A stretch of DNA of 42,547 bases from the IMG/VR virus record IMGVR_UViG_3300009439_000003; one strand, given 5' to 3'. Shown piece by piece: positions 1 to 7,755 of the stretch. Below the pieces are notes generated by a model. That model saw nothing but the letters and a program-made list of their open reading frames with translations. It had not been told where the DNA came from and did no database searches. This DNA is from a virus. How positions within the stretch are numbered: position 1 is the first letter of the stretch; every line of letters starts with the position of its first letter. The position numbers were made by a program, and so were the translations under genes.

Positions 1-123
1 AGAGGTTAAGTACCTTGACAAGATTTTTGATTGTATGGATAGGAGAAAGGATTTACTTGGATATGCAGCAGCTAAAAAAGTTGAGTTTTCTGGTAGCATA
101 GGAGTTGGAGTTACACCAATGAG
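1..123 (+). repeat. 123-bp terminal duplication (copy 1), identical to 42425-42547
   Basis: Direct comparison of the first and last 123 nt shows exact identity. Confidence 0.95.
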
Positions 124-184
124 CGAGGATGAGATTGAAAAGGAGAAAGAAAGAATTAAGGGAAACTTGCGAAAGGTAGTTTAA
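1..184 (+). CDS. terS: small terminase-like protein, C-terminal part (5' end lies at 42033; gene wraps around the window edge)
   Basis: Frame open from nt 2 to TAA 182-184. Nt 1-123 duplicate 42425-42547, joining this to the ORF opening at ATG 42033 (576 nt, 191 codons in total). It ends 4 nt before terL. Confidence 0.6.
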   Translation, partial: EVKYLDKIFDCMDRRKDLLGYAAAKKVEFSGSIGVGVTPMSEDEIEKEKERIKGNLRKVV

Positions 185-188
185 GAAT

Positions 189-1700
189 ATGACCGATGAG
201 AAAATTATTTTAGCCAAAAAAAAACAACTTGAAAAATCAGCAAGAGAATTAGAGACTTTATATGCTATTCGAGCGGATGAGTGTGCAAAAAGTTTTTACC
301 ATTTTTTTATTGAGTTTTGGGATATTATCAACCAAGATGAGTTGCAGTTAAATTGGCATATAAAATATTTATGCGATAAGTTGCAGGAGATTGTTGAGAG
401 GGCAATTAGGAAAGAGCCAAAAAAATCTGACTTAATCGCAAACATTCCTCCAGGCTTATCCAAATCAACTATATTTTCTCAAATGTTAGGAGCGTGGACG
501 TGGATACACGCACCGCATTTTGTTATCATTACCTCAACTCACAGCAACGATCTATCTATTGACCAAAGTTTAAAGAGCAAGGATATTGTAAAAAGTGAGA
601 GATGGAGCAAGTATTTTCAACCGAAAATATATGCGAAGTATGGAAAGTATATGAACCTCACGAAAGACAATGAGAAAGATTGGAGGAACAATTTTGGAGG
701 TGTAAGGTTCTTTACATCCGTTGGAGGAGCGATTATTGGAAAACACGCCCACATGATTATCTGGGATGATTTGATTGATGTAGAGAAAGCGAATAGCGAG
801 GCAGTAAGAAAAAAAGCAAATCGCCACGCATCAAAAGTTTTACCTACCAGAAAGAAAGATAAAAAAGTAACACCGACCATTGGAATAATGCAAAGGTTAC
901 ACGAGGACGACCCAACAGGCTATATGTTGAAATTGGATGAGACCATTGAGCATATTAAATTACCTGCAAAAACTACAGGAGAGGTAAAGCCAGAAAGTTT
1001 AAAAGAATTTTACAAGGATGGATTTTTAGACCCAAACAGATTAGGGCAGGACGTTCTGGATGAGCAAGCGAAATTATTAGGAACGTATGATTTTGCAGGA
1101 CAGTATGACCAAGACCCAACACCAAAAGGAGGAGGAAAGGTTAAAAATGAATGGTTTAATTATATTGATAGCCACGATTTGCCAGAGGGATTGATTTGGG
1201 ATTTATGGATTGATGGTGCATATACCAATAACACAAAGAATGACCCAACAGGATTAGTTTTTAAAGCATTTGATAAAAGGAGGAACAGATTATATGTAAG
1301 GCACGCAAAAAGTGCTTATTTAGAGATGCCAGAACTGTTAAAAGAAGTACCAAGACTTTGCAATATGTTTGGCGTTGGTAGTCGTTCCAGAATTTACATA
1401 GAGCCAAAAGCATCTGGGCATAGTATTGAGCAGATGTTGAAAGAGGTTACAGGATTGAGTGCAATATTGATTAAAAGCAAATTAGTTTCAGAGGGAAAGG
1501 ATGCGAGGTTATCGGCTGCAAGTCCAAAGATTGAGGCAGGGCAAGTGTTTATTGTAAGAGGAGGATGGAATGAGAATTACGTTGGGCAAATTTGTTCTTT
1601 TCCTGTTGCAACTCACGATGAGTATGTTGATTTAATTGGCTATGCTTGTGAGGAGTATTTTGGAGGACGAAAAGCAAAAGGAGTTCGCAGAGTAAATTAA
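189..1700 (+). CDS. terL: terminase large subunit
   Basis: 503-aa ORF with Walker A-like PPGLSKST and Walker B-like HMIIWDDLID. C-terminal RNase H-like nuclease Asp motifs are present (LWIDGAYT, HDEYVDLIGYA). Confidence 0.9.
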   Translation: MTDEKIILAKKKQLEKSARELETLYAIRADECAKSFYHFFIEFWDIINQDELQLNWHIKYLCDKLQEIVERAIRKEPKKSDLIANIPPGLSKSTIFSQMLGAWTWIHAPHFVIITSTHSNDLSIDQSLKSKDIVKSERWSKYFQPKIYAKYGKYMNLTKDNEKDWRNNFGGVRFFTSVGGAIIGKHAHMIIWDDLIDVEKANSEAVRKKANRHASKVLPTRKKDKKVTPTIGIMQRLHEDDPTGYMLKLDETIEHIKLPAKTTGEVKPESLKEFYKDGFLDPNRLGQDVLDEQAKLLGTYDFAGQYDQDPTPKGGGKVKNEWFNYIDSHDLPEGLIWDLWIDGAYTNNTKNDPTGLVFKAFDKRRNRLYVRHAKSAYLEMPELLKEVPRLCNMFGVGSRSRIYIEPKASGHSIEQMLKEVTGLSAILIKSKLVSEGKDARLSAASPKIEAGQVFIVRGGWNENYVGQICSFPVATHDEYVDLIGYACEEYFGGRKAKGVRRVN

Positions 1701-1714
1701 TTACAAAATAATGC

Positions 1715-1745
1715 TTGTACAACTTAAACTTAAAGTTTAAATTTG
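1715..1745 (+). promoter_or_regulatory. early-type promoter P1 (Bacteroidota -33/-7 type)
   Basis: TTG 1715-1717, a 20-nt spacer, then TAAATTTG 1738-1745. It is part of a ~70-bp module repeated at 26446 and 28709. Confidence 0.65.
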
Positions 1746-1771
1746 ACCATCATTAATAATTAAACCGAGAG
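1735..1771 (+). repeat. 37-nt core of the promoter/leader module, identical to 26473-26509
   Basis: GTTTAAATTTGACCATCATTAATAATTAAACCGAGAG is present at both loci. Confidence 0.9.
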
Positions 1772-1772
1772 C
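1762..1772 (+). promoter_or_regulatory. early-gene leader motif AAACCGAGAGC
   Basis: Perfect 11-mer, 4 nt upstream of ATG 1777. Confidence 0.7.
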
Positions 1773-1776
1773 AAAA

Positions 1777-2028
1777 ATGGGAACAGTAATTAATTTAACA
1801 ACAAAATTTGAGGAGGGAAACATTTACCAAATGACTTTTATTGGAGATGCTGATTTAAAAGTGTCTTATATCTGTGTAAAGAGAACTAAAAAAATGGTTA
1901 CTCTTGAAAAATTCAAAGGAACAGAGGTTTTAAAAAAGAAAATAAATGTTTACCAAGGAGTTGAATATGTAAGAGCAGGGAGTTACTCAATGGCACCATC
2001 TATTTATGCAGATAAAATAATTGGATAA
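1777..2028 (+). CDS. hypothetical protein (83 aa)
   Basis: ORF directly downstream of P1 and the leader motif. Confidence 0.6.
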   Translation: MGTVINLTTKFEEGNIYQMTFIGDADLKVSYICVKRTKKMVTLEKFKGTEVLKKKINVYQGVEYVRAGSYSMAPSIYADKIIG

Positions 2029-2029
2029 T

Positions 2030-2257
2030 ATGACAATCAATAATGTAACCATTGGAGATAAATTTATACATCCAAATGATAGAAAGAGCAAAAGAATTTC
2101 AGAGGTTTACGATTTTCTGGAGGTCAAAAGTTTAACAACAGGGAAACATCTGGAGTACCTTTGTTGCGTTAAAAAAGATTTTTTAGGGCAAGTATTATAT
2201 TCACAAGTAGCATTTTCAACAGTAGTTAGATATAAATTAAAAACCGAGAGCAAATGA
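2030..2257 (+). CDS. hypothetical protein (75 aa)
   Basis: ATG 2030 lies 2 nt after the preceding stop. The ORF track opens at TTG 2021. Confidence 0.55.
   Translation: MTINNVTIGDKFIHPNDRKSKRISEVYDFLEVKSLTTGKHLEYLCCVKKDFLGQVLYSQVAFSTVVRYKLKTESK
2241..2251 (+). promoter_or_regulatory. early-gene leader motif AAACCGAGAGC
   Basis: Perfect 11-mer, 2 nt upstream of ATG 2254. It lies inside the 3' end of the upstream ORF (..KTESK*). Confidence 0.7.
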
Positions 2258-2463
2258 ATTTACAAGAGCAAATTGAATTATTAGAAAACCAAAAAAAAGC
2301 ACTATCAAATTATATTGAGATGTGCATTTTTATTAAAGCAGTTCCAAAGCCAGAGATTTTGATGGTATTGGAGGATAATACAAGCATTGAAAAATTGCAA
2401 GAGGCAATGAGAATGTTTGAGGAAACAAAGGAGAAATACACTAAAGCAATACAGGATGTTTGA
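2254..2463 (+). CDS. hypothetical protein (69 aa)
   Basis: ATGA start/stop overlap with the upstream gene, and the leader motif lies immediately upstream. Confidence 0.6.
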   Translation: MNLQEQIELLENQKKALSNYIEMCIFIKAVPKPEILMVLEDNTSIEKLQEAMRMFEETKEKYTKAIQDV

Positions 2464-2701
2464 AACAATAGGATTTTCAATAGATTATTACGTTGGAGGC
2501 AAGTTTGTTGGTTATGTTGTAAATGATGCTCCAGATAGAGAGCAGAATGGATATGCAGGGAGAAAGGTTGAGATATTGAATGAGGATGTTGTATGTACTA
2601 ACAGAAAAATAATTAAGGCAGGACAGGAGGTTAAAACAGAGCAAGTGCAGATGTATGGAAAGCTGACGAAAGAATTTAGAAAAAAGGCTTTTAGCATTTA
2701 A
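2456..2701 (+). CDS. hypothetical protein (81 aa)
   Basis: ATG 2456 is preferred over the track's TTG 2417. It overlaps the previous stop by 8 nt (ATGTTTGA). Confidence 0.5.
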   Translation: MFETIGFSIDYYVGGKFVGYVVNDAPDREQNGYAGRKVEILNEDVVCTNRKIIKAGQEVKTEQVQMYGKLTKEFRKKAFSI

Positions 2702-2711
2702 AATTAATGTT

Positions 2712-2719
2712 TAAATTTG
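2712..2719 (+). promoter_or_regulatory. -7 box TAAATTTG of a module-type promoter (P4; no clear -33)
   Basis: AATGTTTAAATTTGACCA matches the P1-P3 core. A 6-bp hairpin TGTACC/GGTACA (2741-2756) is inserted in the leader. Confidence 0.5.
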
Positions 2720-2750
2720 ACCAATTAATAATTGTACCGATGGTACAGAA

Positions 2751-2761
2751 AAACCGAGAGC
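2751..2761 (+). promoter_or_regulatory. early-gene leader motif AAACCGAGAGC
   Basis: Perfect 11-mer, 4 nt upstream of ATG 2766. Confidence 0.7.
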
Positions 2762-2765
2762 AAAG

Positions 2766-3641
2766 ATGAGTACAAGTAAAGATGTTACAGGATTACTATT
2801 AGAGGATTTATGGGATTTGTGTTACAGAGCGCATAGTTGGATTTCTTTTAGTCCAGAAAAAAGAGCAACCAGATATATCAAAGAATATAGCGAGTTGTTA
2901 AAATCAGATTTGGAACTGTTAGGGGAAAACCAAGGAAACTACAAAGAGAAATTTATTAGCAAGTTTAAGGATTGGATGGGAGCAAAAAGCAACTGTGCAT
3001 CATCCGCTATTACAGGAGGTTCTGGTTTTAATGTAAGGAAAGCAAACAAGGCTAATGATAGAGAGCATAAAAAATGGCAGGATTTCTCAATGTGGAGAGA
3101 TAAGTATTTTAATGCAGTTAATCGTGTGCCAACTAAAAGTCCAGAGGATGAGTTGGAGATTGCAGAGAATTTATTGGAGAAACTTACTTTGAACCAATTA
3201 GAGTATAAAGAGATAAATGCAGAGATTAGAAAGTGCAAAATAACAGACCATTACGAATTGCTGAAATATCTGGGAGAGCAAGGATTTGACAAGAGTAAAT
3301 TTGGAGAAATACAGGAGCGAGGAGGTAAATTAAAAATTCCATCATACGTGCTAACTAATAACAATGCGACTATTAAGAGAAATGAGCAAAAAGTTAAGGT
3401 TATGCAAGCAAGAATTGACCGCAAGAATACTTGGGAGGACATCAAATTTGATGGAGGATATGTTACTATTGAGGATGATAGGTTAAAGATTTTCCACGAT
3501 GAGAAACCAGAGAGAGTTGTGATTGATGAGATTAAAAAGAATGGTTTTAGATGGTCGCCACATTGGGGATGTTGGTGCAGAAAGCATACAGGCAATGCGA
3601 TCTACTCTTTGAGGTTTTTAAGTTTCATTAATCAAAAATAA
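2766..3641 (+). CDS. hypothetical protein (291 aa)
   Basis: Long ORF with its own promoter-like box and leader motif, followed by a terminator. It has a C-terminal GFRWSPHWGCW motif. No function could be assigned by eye. Confidence 0.7.
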   Translation: MSTSKDVTGLLLEDLWDLCYRAHSWISFSPEKRATRYIKEYSELLKSDLELLGENQGNYKEKFISKFKDWMGAKSNCASSAITGGSGFNVRKANKANDREHKKWQDFSMWRDKYFNAVNRVPTKSPEDELEIAENLLEKLTLNQLEYKEINAEIRKCKITDHYELLKYLGEQGFDKSKFGEIQERGGKLKIPSYVLTNNNATIKRNEQKVKVMQARIDRKNTWEDIKFDGGYVTIEDDRLKIFHDEKPERVVIDEIKKNGFRWSPHWGCWCRKHTGNAIYSLRFLSFINQK

Positions 3642-3650
3642 ATATTAATC

Positions 3651-3675
3651 AAATCCTCCAGAAATGGAGGGTTTT
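3651..3675 (+). terminator. rho-independent terminator
   Basis: Stem CCTCCA/TGGAGG (3655-3660 / 3665-3670) with a GAAA loop and flanking A/T extension, followed by GTTTT. Confidence 0.6.
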
Positions 3676-3689
3676 AATTCTTTTAAAAA

Positions 3690-3923
3690 ATGTATCTAAT
3701 TTATAAAACAGACAATCATCATAGTTTTAAAAGCAGAGATGTGATTGGAGTAGTTGAGGAGGAGAAAAATATTATTAAGATTTGCCAATTACAGGCTAAA
3801 AAAGAAGAGTTTGTAATTACAGGAGAGCAGATATTTAATTTATCAAATTATAAACAAACGCAAGGTTATGTTGGAGATGGAGAGTTTGTTGTTGAGCAAG
3901 TAAATATTAACGAATTATTATAA
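3690..3923 (+). CDS. hypothetical protein (77 aa)
   Basis: ORF with an ATG start that fills the gap between neighbours. Confidence 0.55.
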   Translation: MYLIYKTDNHHSFKSRDVIGVVEEEKNIIKICQLQAKKEEFVITGEQIFNLSNYKQTQGYVGDGEFVVEQVNINELL

Positions 3924-3932
3924 AAAATTAAG

Positions 3933-4094
3933 ATGAGCGAAAAGGAGCAAGAATATTTAAAGACAGCATTTATTGAATTAACAATAAAAGTTCAAGAGCA
4001 AAAGGAGGAAATAAAAACTGCCCAAGCAGAGGCAAAGAGAAATTGGGATTGGTTTGTTGCCGAACAAGAGAAAACAAAGCAGATAGAAAAATAA
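3933..4094 (+). CDS. hypothetical coiled-coil-like protein (53 aa)
   Basis: ATG 3933 to TAA 4092-4094, translated by hand (MSEKEQEYLK...KQIEK). It falls below the ORF-track length cut-off. Confidence 0.45.
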   Translation: MSEKEQEYLKTAFIELTIKVQEQKEEIKTAQAEAKRNWDWFVAEQEKTKQIEK

Positions 4095-4100
4095 TAATTT

Positions 4101-4111
4101 AAAACGAGAGC
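4101..4111 (+). promoter_or_regulatory. early-gene leader motif variant AAAACGAGAGC
   Basis: 10/11 match, 4 nt upstream of ATG 4116. Confidence 0.55.
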
Positions 4112-4115
4112 AAAA

Positions 4116-4595
4116 ATGGGATTAGATATTTCAGTTTACCAAAACATTAAAAAAGTCATAACAGAAGATTATGAGGAGTTTGATTTTGCGGCATTTGTCA
4201 TTAATGAGAGATGGTTGTATAAGATTAAAAATTTAGAAAACAATGCAAAATATGTTGGAGATGTTGCAGAGCCAGAGGTTGGTTATTCTTATAGCAGTCA
4301 TTATCAATTTAGAAATTATTTATGTGAGATTATTTTAGAGAGAGAGGTTAAAAGATTTAGCGATGAGGATTTGGATGAGAAAATGCCTTTTATAGAGTTG
4401 ATAGATTTTGCAGACAATGGGGGATGTTTGGATTGGGAGGTTAGTGAAAAACTTTACAAGGATTTTGTTGAGCATAAGGATAAAGCGGTTAAATATCTGG
4501 AGGAACAAAATGAGCCTCATTTTAGAGATAGATATTTGGATTGGTTAAAAGTATTTGAGGTGGCAAAGGAGAGAGGAGTTGTTGTTTTTAGATAA
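4116..4595 (+). CDS. hypothetical protein (159 aa)
   Basis: ORF preceded by a leader-motif variant and followed by a terminator. Confidence 0.65.
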   Translation: MGLDISVYQNIKKVITEDYEEFDFAAFVINERWLYKIKNLENNAKYVGDVAEPEVGYSYSSHYQFRNYLCEIILEREVKRFSDEDLDEKMPFIELIDFADNGGCLDWEVSEKLYKDFVEHKDKAVKYLEEQNEPHFRDRYLDWLKVFEVAKERGVVVFR

Positions 4596-4627
4596 AGCAA
4601 TATATTTACATAACAATTTGGGGATTG

Positions 4628-4666
4628 CCTCGCAGAAAGCAGAAATGCAAGTATGCGAGGTTTTTT
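4628..4666 (+). terminator. rho-independent terminator
   Basis: Stem CCTCGCA/TGCGAGG (4628-4634 / 4654-4660) followed by TTTTTT 4661-4666. Confidence 0.65.
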
Positions 4667-4680
4667 AATAGCGAGAATTT

Positions 4681-5112
4681 ATGGCGACAAAAAGCACATT
4701 GAGAAAATTAGAGACCAAGGTTAAAAAAGAGTTTGGTTTGATGGAGATGAGATTAACAGTTTTAAAAACCAATCCAACAAATGAAAATCTGGAGAGGTAT
4801 TATAAAGCATCGGACAAATTGGATGATGTATTGGATGAGTATTATAGTGCAAGTATTATGTATTTCTCCATTGAGAAACCAGAGCTTTATGAGTTGTATA
4901 TTGACCAATCAAAAACCAAGGTCAAAAAGAAATTTTTAAGGCAGATAACAAACTCAAAAAAATCAGCTTTAATGTATAAAACAAATGAGCATCGTTTGGA
5001 GGTTCTGGAGGAGGAAAAGAGAGCAATGATTAAAAAGAAATACAGAGGAGTAAAATTACAAAGAGTAAGCAAAAGCATATCCAGATTAAAGAGATGGATG
5101 GAATACGATTAG
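4681..5112 (+). CDS. hypothetical protein (143 aa, Lys-rich, helical)
   Basis: ORF with an ATG start. It is the last gene of the cassette between terL and the late block. Confidence 0.6.
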   Translation: MATKSTLRKLETKVKKEFGLMEMRLTVLKTNPTNENLERYYKASDKLDDVLDEYYSASIMYFSIEKPELYELYIDQSKTKVKKKFLRQITNSKKSALMYKTNEHRLEVLEEEKRAMIKKKYRGVKLQRVSKSISRLKRWMEYD

Positions 5113-5145
5113 GATTGACATAATACATTTTTATTTAAAAAATAC

Positions 5146-5153
5146 TATATTTG
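5146..5153 (+). promoter_or_regulatory. -7-type box TATATTTG upstream of the morphogenesis block
   Basis: ACTATATTTGTCAAA resembles the boxes at 28614 and 31753. There is no TTG at the expected -33 distance. Confidence 0.4.
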
Positions 5154-5217
5154 TCAAAATATCTTTCACAAGGCCTATGGGCAAGCCTCATTTTATTAAT
5201 TTTAAAAACAAAAAAAA

Positions 5218-5862
5218 ATGGGATTACTTACAGATTGCCCACGTTCAGCAGCATTAAATTCAGTTCCTTTAGAGAACTGTTTGGAGAGCGTTGGCCAAAT
5301 TCAAAAAATGGTTTTTCAGAGAATTAGAAAAACAGATGGAACAAAAAACACATTCGTAACAGCAACAGCAGACCCAGCAGTATTAGCATCGTGGACTCCT
5401 TTACTTGCAGCAGCAGATGATACAAAGGTTGTGCAAACTCCTTTTATCGCTCAACCAGAGTTTGAGCCAGGAGCAGCGAGAAAGTATGGAGGAGGTAATG
5501 CGACACTTGGTGGGATTGAGTTGGTTATTGGTCGAGAGCCAACAACTGCAACTGCAATGTTGTTAAGAAACAGCCAAAAGACAGTCAAAGCCTTAAAGAA
5601 ATTTATGGGAGAGGATGTTGGAGTATATTTTATTGATGAGTTCGGACGTATTATTGCGGATAGCGATGGTGCAGAGGCTCCTGTAAATTATTACCCATTT
5701 CCTATCAATGGACTATTTGTTGGAGATAAGAAGTTTGGAGGATTAGAGGATATTGATAGCAACGCTATTGAGTTTGGTATGTTTCCAAATTGGTCTGACA
5801 ATTTACGCATAATCACTCCTACGGATTTTGATGCGTTAAATGACTTGAAAACTCCAGCGTAA
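5218..5862 (+). CDS. putative virion structural protein (candidate major tail protein)
   Basis: 214 aa, and the first gene after the late-type box. The size fits a tail tube protein and no other tube candidate was recognised. There is no motif-level proof. Confidence 0.35.
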   Translation: MGLLTDCPRSAALNSVPLENCLESVGQIQKMVFQRIRKTDGTKNTFVTATADPAVLASWTPLLAAADDTKVVQTPFIAQPEFEPGAARKYGGGNATLGGIELVIGREPTTATAMLLRNSQKTVKALKKFMGEDVGVYFIDEFGRIIADSDGAEAPVNYYPFPINGLFVGDKKFGGLEDIDSNAIEFGMFPNWSDNLRIITPTDFDALNDLKTPA

Positions 5863-5864
5863 GG

Positions 5865-6083
5865 ATGAGTAAATTAACAGAGGTGGTTTTATCCAATGAC
5901 AACGATAAGGTAGGAGATATTACATTGGAGATAAGCCACGCAGAAAGGGTATTAAAGATGCCTAAAAACGGAGGTTGGAAACTTCCAGAAAACTCACCTT
6001 ATAAATTGGATAAGAATGGCATTGTTAAAAAGTCAAATAAAAGAGATACTCAAAAGTCCAAAGAACAGGGCGACAATAAGTAA
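5865..6083 (+). CDS. hypothetical protein (72 aa)
   Basis: ORF starting 2 nt after the previous stop. Its 3' end overlaps the portal candidate by 68 nt. Confidence 0.5.
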   Translation: MSKLTEVVLSNDNDKVGDITLEISHAERVLKMPKNGGWKLPENSPYKLDKNGIVKKSNKRDTQKSKEQGDNK

Positions 6084-7755
6084 AGCCGTAAGGCATGAGC
6101 ATAGGTTACGCTTCCATATTGATACCAATATGGAGGCTAACAATGTTCGTTTAGTTGTTAATGACTTTCTCAACTATGTAAAGGGATTACTGCCAAAAGA
6201 TAAATACCAAATTTTCCTGCAATTATTCTGTTTTCCAATAGCAACAAATGAGTTGACAGAGGAGATATTGAGTGCGTTGGAGAAAGTATATGATGGCAAG
6301 GATGCTTATGAGGAGTACAATTTTATCAGTCCGCAAGAGTTGGATGATTGGAATAGTTATAGGAGCGAGGTAATTAATGCTTATAGTTTCTGGAGAGGTA
6401 CAGCATTTGAAAAAATGAAAACTTGCATCAATGGTTTTATTATTGTTGATTTAAAAGAGGAGCAAGAAACTGAAAAGCCAGAGCCTTATTTTTATTTTAC
6501 ACCAATTTCAGATATTAAAGACTTTGAATGCAAAACTAATGGAGATGTTGATTGGATTTTAATAGAGCAGGAAAACAGCAGATTAGCAGTTTTTGATGAT
6601 GAGAGTTACCGAGTGTTTGAGTTAAATGATAAAAAGGAGATAGTTGGAGAGGCGATAATTGAAAATACCCACGATCTGGGATATTGCCCTGCATCTTTTT
6701 TCTGGAATGATAAACTTACAGAGGATAACAAGGCATTGAAAAAATCGCCATTATCAAATCAACTTGCAAATCTGGATTGGCTTTTATTCTTTCTTACGAG
6801 CAAAAAGCATTTAGATTTATATGCACCATACCCAATTTATTCTGGTTACCAACAGGATTGTGAATTCGAGAACAAAAACAATGGAGATTATTGTGATGCA
6901 GGATTTATTAAGAATAAAGTTGGAGAGTATTATGTTGACAGGAGTGGAACGTTGAACAAATGCCCTGTTTGTGCTGATAGTAGATTGGCAGGAGTTGGGA
7001 GTTTTGTTGAGGTGCCATTACCAAACAGAGATAATGATTTCAAAGATTTGCGAAACCCTGTACAGATTACCTCTATTGATGTAAATAGTTTAAAATACAA
7101 TGTTGATGAGGTGCAGAGATTGAATGATAAAATTTATGCTGCGGTTGTAGGTTCTGGAGGAGATATGAAAATGGATAAGGCATTTAATAAAGACCAAGTA
7201 AAAGCCAACACCGAAAGCAGGAGAAATGTTTTATTATCATTAAAGAAAAACTTTGAAAAAATCCAGAGTTGGACAGAGGACACAGTTTGCCGATTAAGAT
7301 ATGGAGCAACATATTTAAGCAATACAATATTTTATGGCTCGGATTGGTATTTGTACGATGTTGACCAATTAACAGAGCAGTATAAATTAGCAAAAGAGGC
7401 AGGAGCAACAGATTATCAGTTGGATTTGATACAAGACCAGATAATTGAGACCGAAAACAAAAACAATCCAATGGCTCTCCAGAGAGCAGAGATTTTGAAA
7501 AACCTTGAACCATACAGGCATCAAACCAGAGCGGAAGTTTTGGAGATGATGGAGAAAGGATTTGGAGATAAGGACTTAATTGCGGTTAAATTAAATTTTG
7601 CTACTTTTGTTTTAAGATTTGAAAGAGAGAACACGGACATTGTAGAATTTGGAAGTGCATTATCTTTCAGTAACAAAATAAATATAATTCTAAACACATT
7701 TAAAGATTATGGCAGGACAGAGCAAATTAACGGAGGAGCAAGTGGCAGCGAATAA
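6016..7755 (+). CDS. putative portal protein
   Basis: 579 aa, the largest head-module ORF, sitting upstream of the scaffold-like and capsid genes. An alternative start exists at ATG 6130. Confidence 0.6.
   Translation: MALLKSQIKEILKSPKNRATISKAVRHEHRLRFHIDTNMEANNVRLVVNDFLNYVKGLLPKDKYQIFLQLFCFPIATNELTEEILSALEKVYDGKDAYEEYNFISPQELDDWNSYRSEVINAYSFWRGTAFEKMKTCINGFIIVDLKEEQETEKPEPYFYFTPISDIKDFECKTNGDVDWILIEQENSRLAVFDDESYRVFELNDKKEIVGEAIIENTHDLGYCPASFFWNDKLTEDNKALKKSPLSNQLANLDWLLFFLTSKKHLDLYAPYPIYSGYQQDCEFENKNNGDYCDAGFIKNKVGEYYVDRSGTLNKCPVCADSRLAGVGSFVEVPLPNRDNDFKDLRNPVQITSIDVNSLKYNVDEVQRLNDKIYAAVVGSGGDMKMDKAFNKDQVKANTESRRNVLLSLKKNFEKIQSWTEDTVCRLRYGATYLSNTIFYGSDWYLYDVDQLTEQYKLAKEAGATDYQLDLIQDQIIETENKNNPMALQRAEILKNLEPYRHQTRAEVLEMMEKGFGDKDLIAVKLNFATFVLRFERENTDIVEFGSALSFSNKINIILNTFKDYGRTEQINGGASGSE

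Noticed and set aside
2417-2455. N-terminal extensions implied by the ORF track at 2021, 2417, 13978, 25515, 26912, 28337, 31034, 34942 and 37472.
   Set aside because: These begin at TTG codons inside the preceding gene. In every case an in-frame ATG lies at or just after the upstream stop and gives a more sensible N-terminus, for example RNase H starting MLISVYTDGSC at 27035.
2766-3641. Assignment of the 291-aa protein to a named DUF family on the basis of the C-terminal GFRWSPHWGCW motif.
   Set aside because: The recollection is too uncertain, and no second diagnostic motif was found.
5865-6130. The 68-nt overlap between the 72-aa ORF and the portal start, considered as a programmed frameshift site.
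   Set aside because: There is no slippery heptamer or homopolymer in the overlap. An alternative portal start (ATG 6130) or ordinary overlapping genes explain the arrangement.
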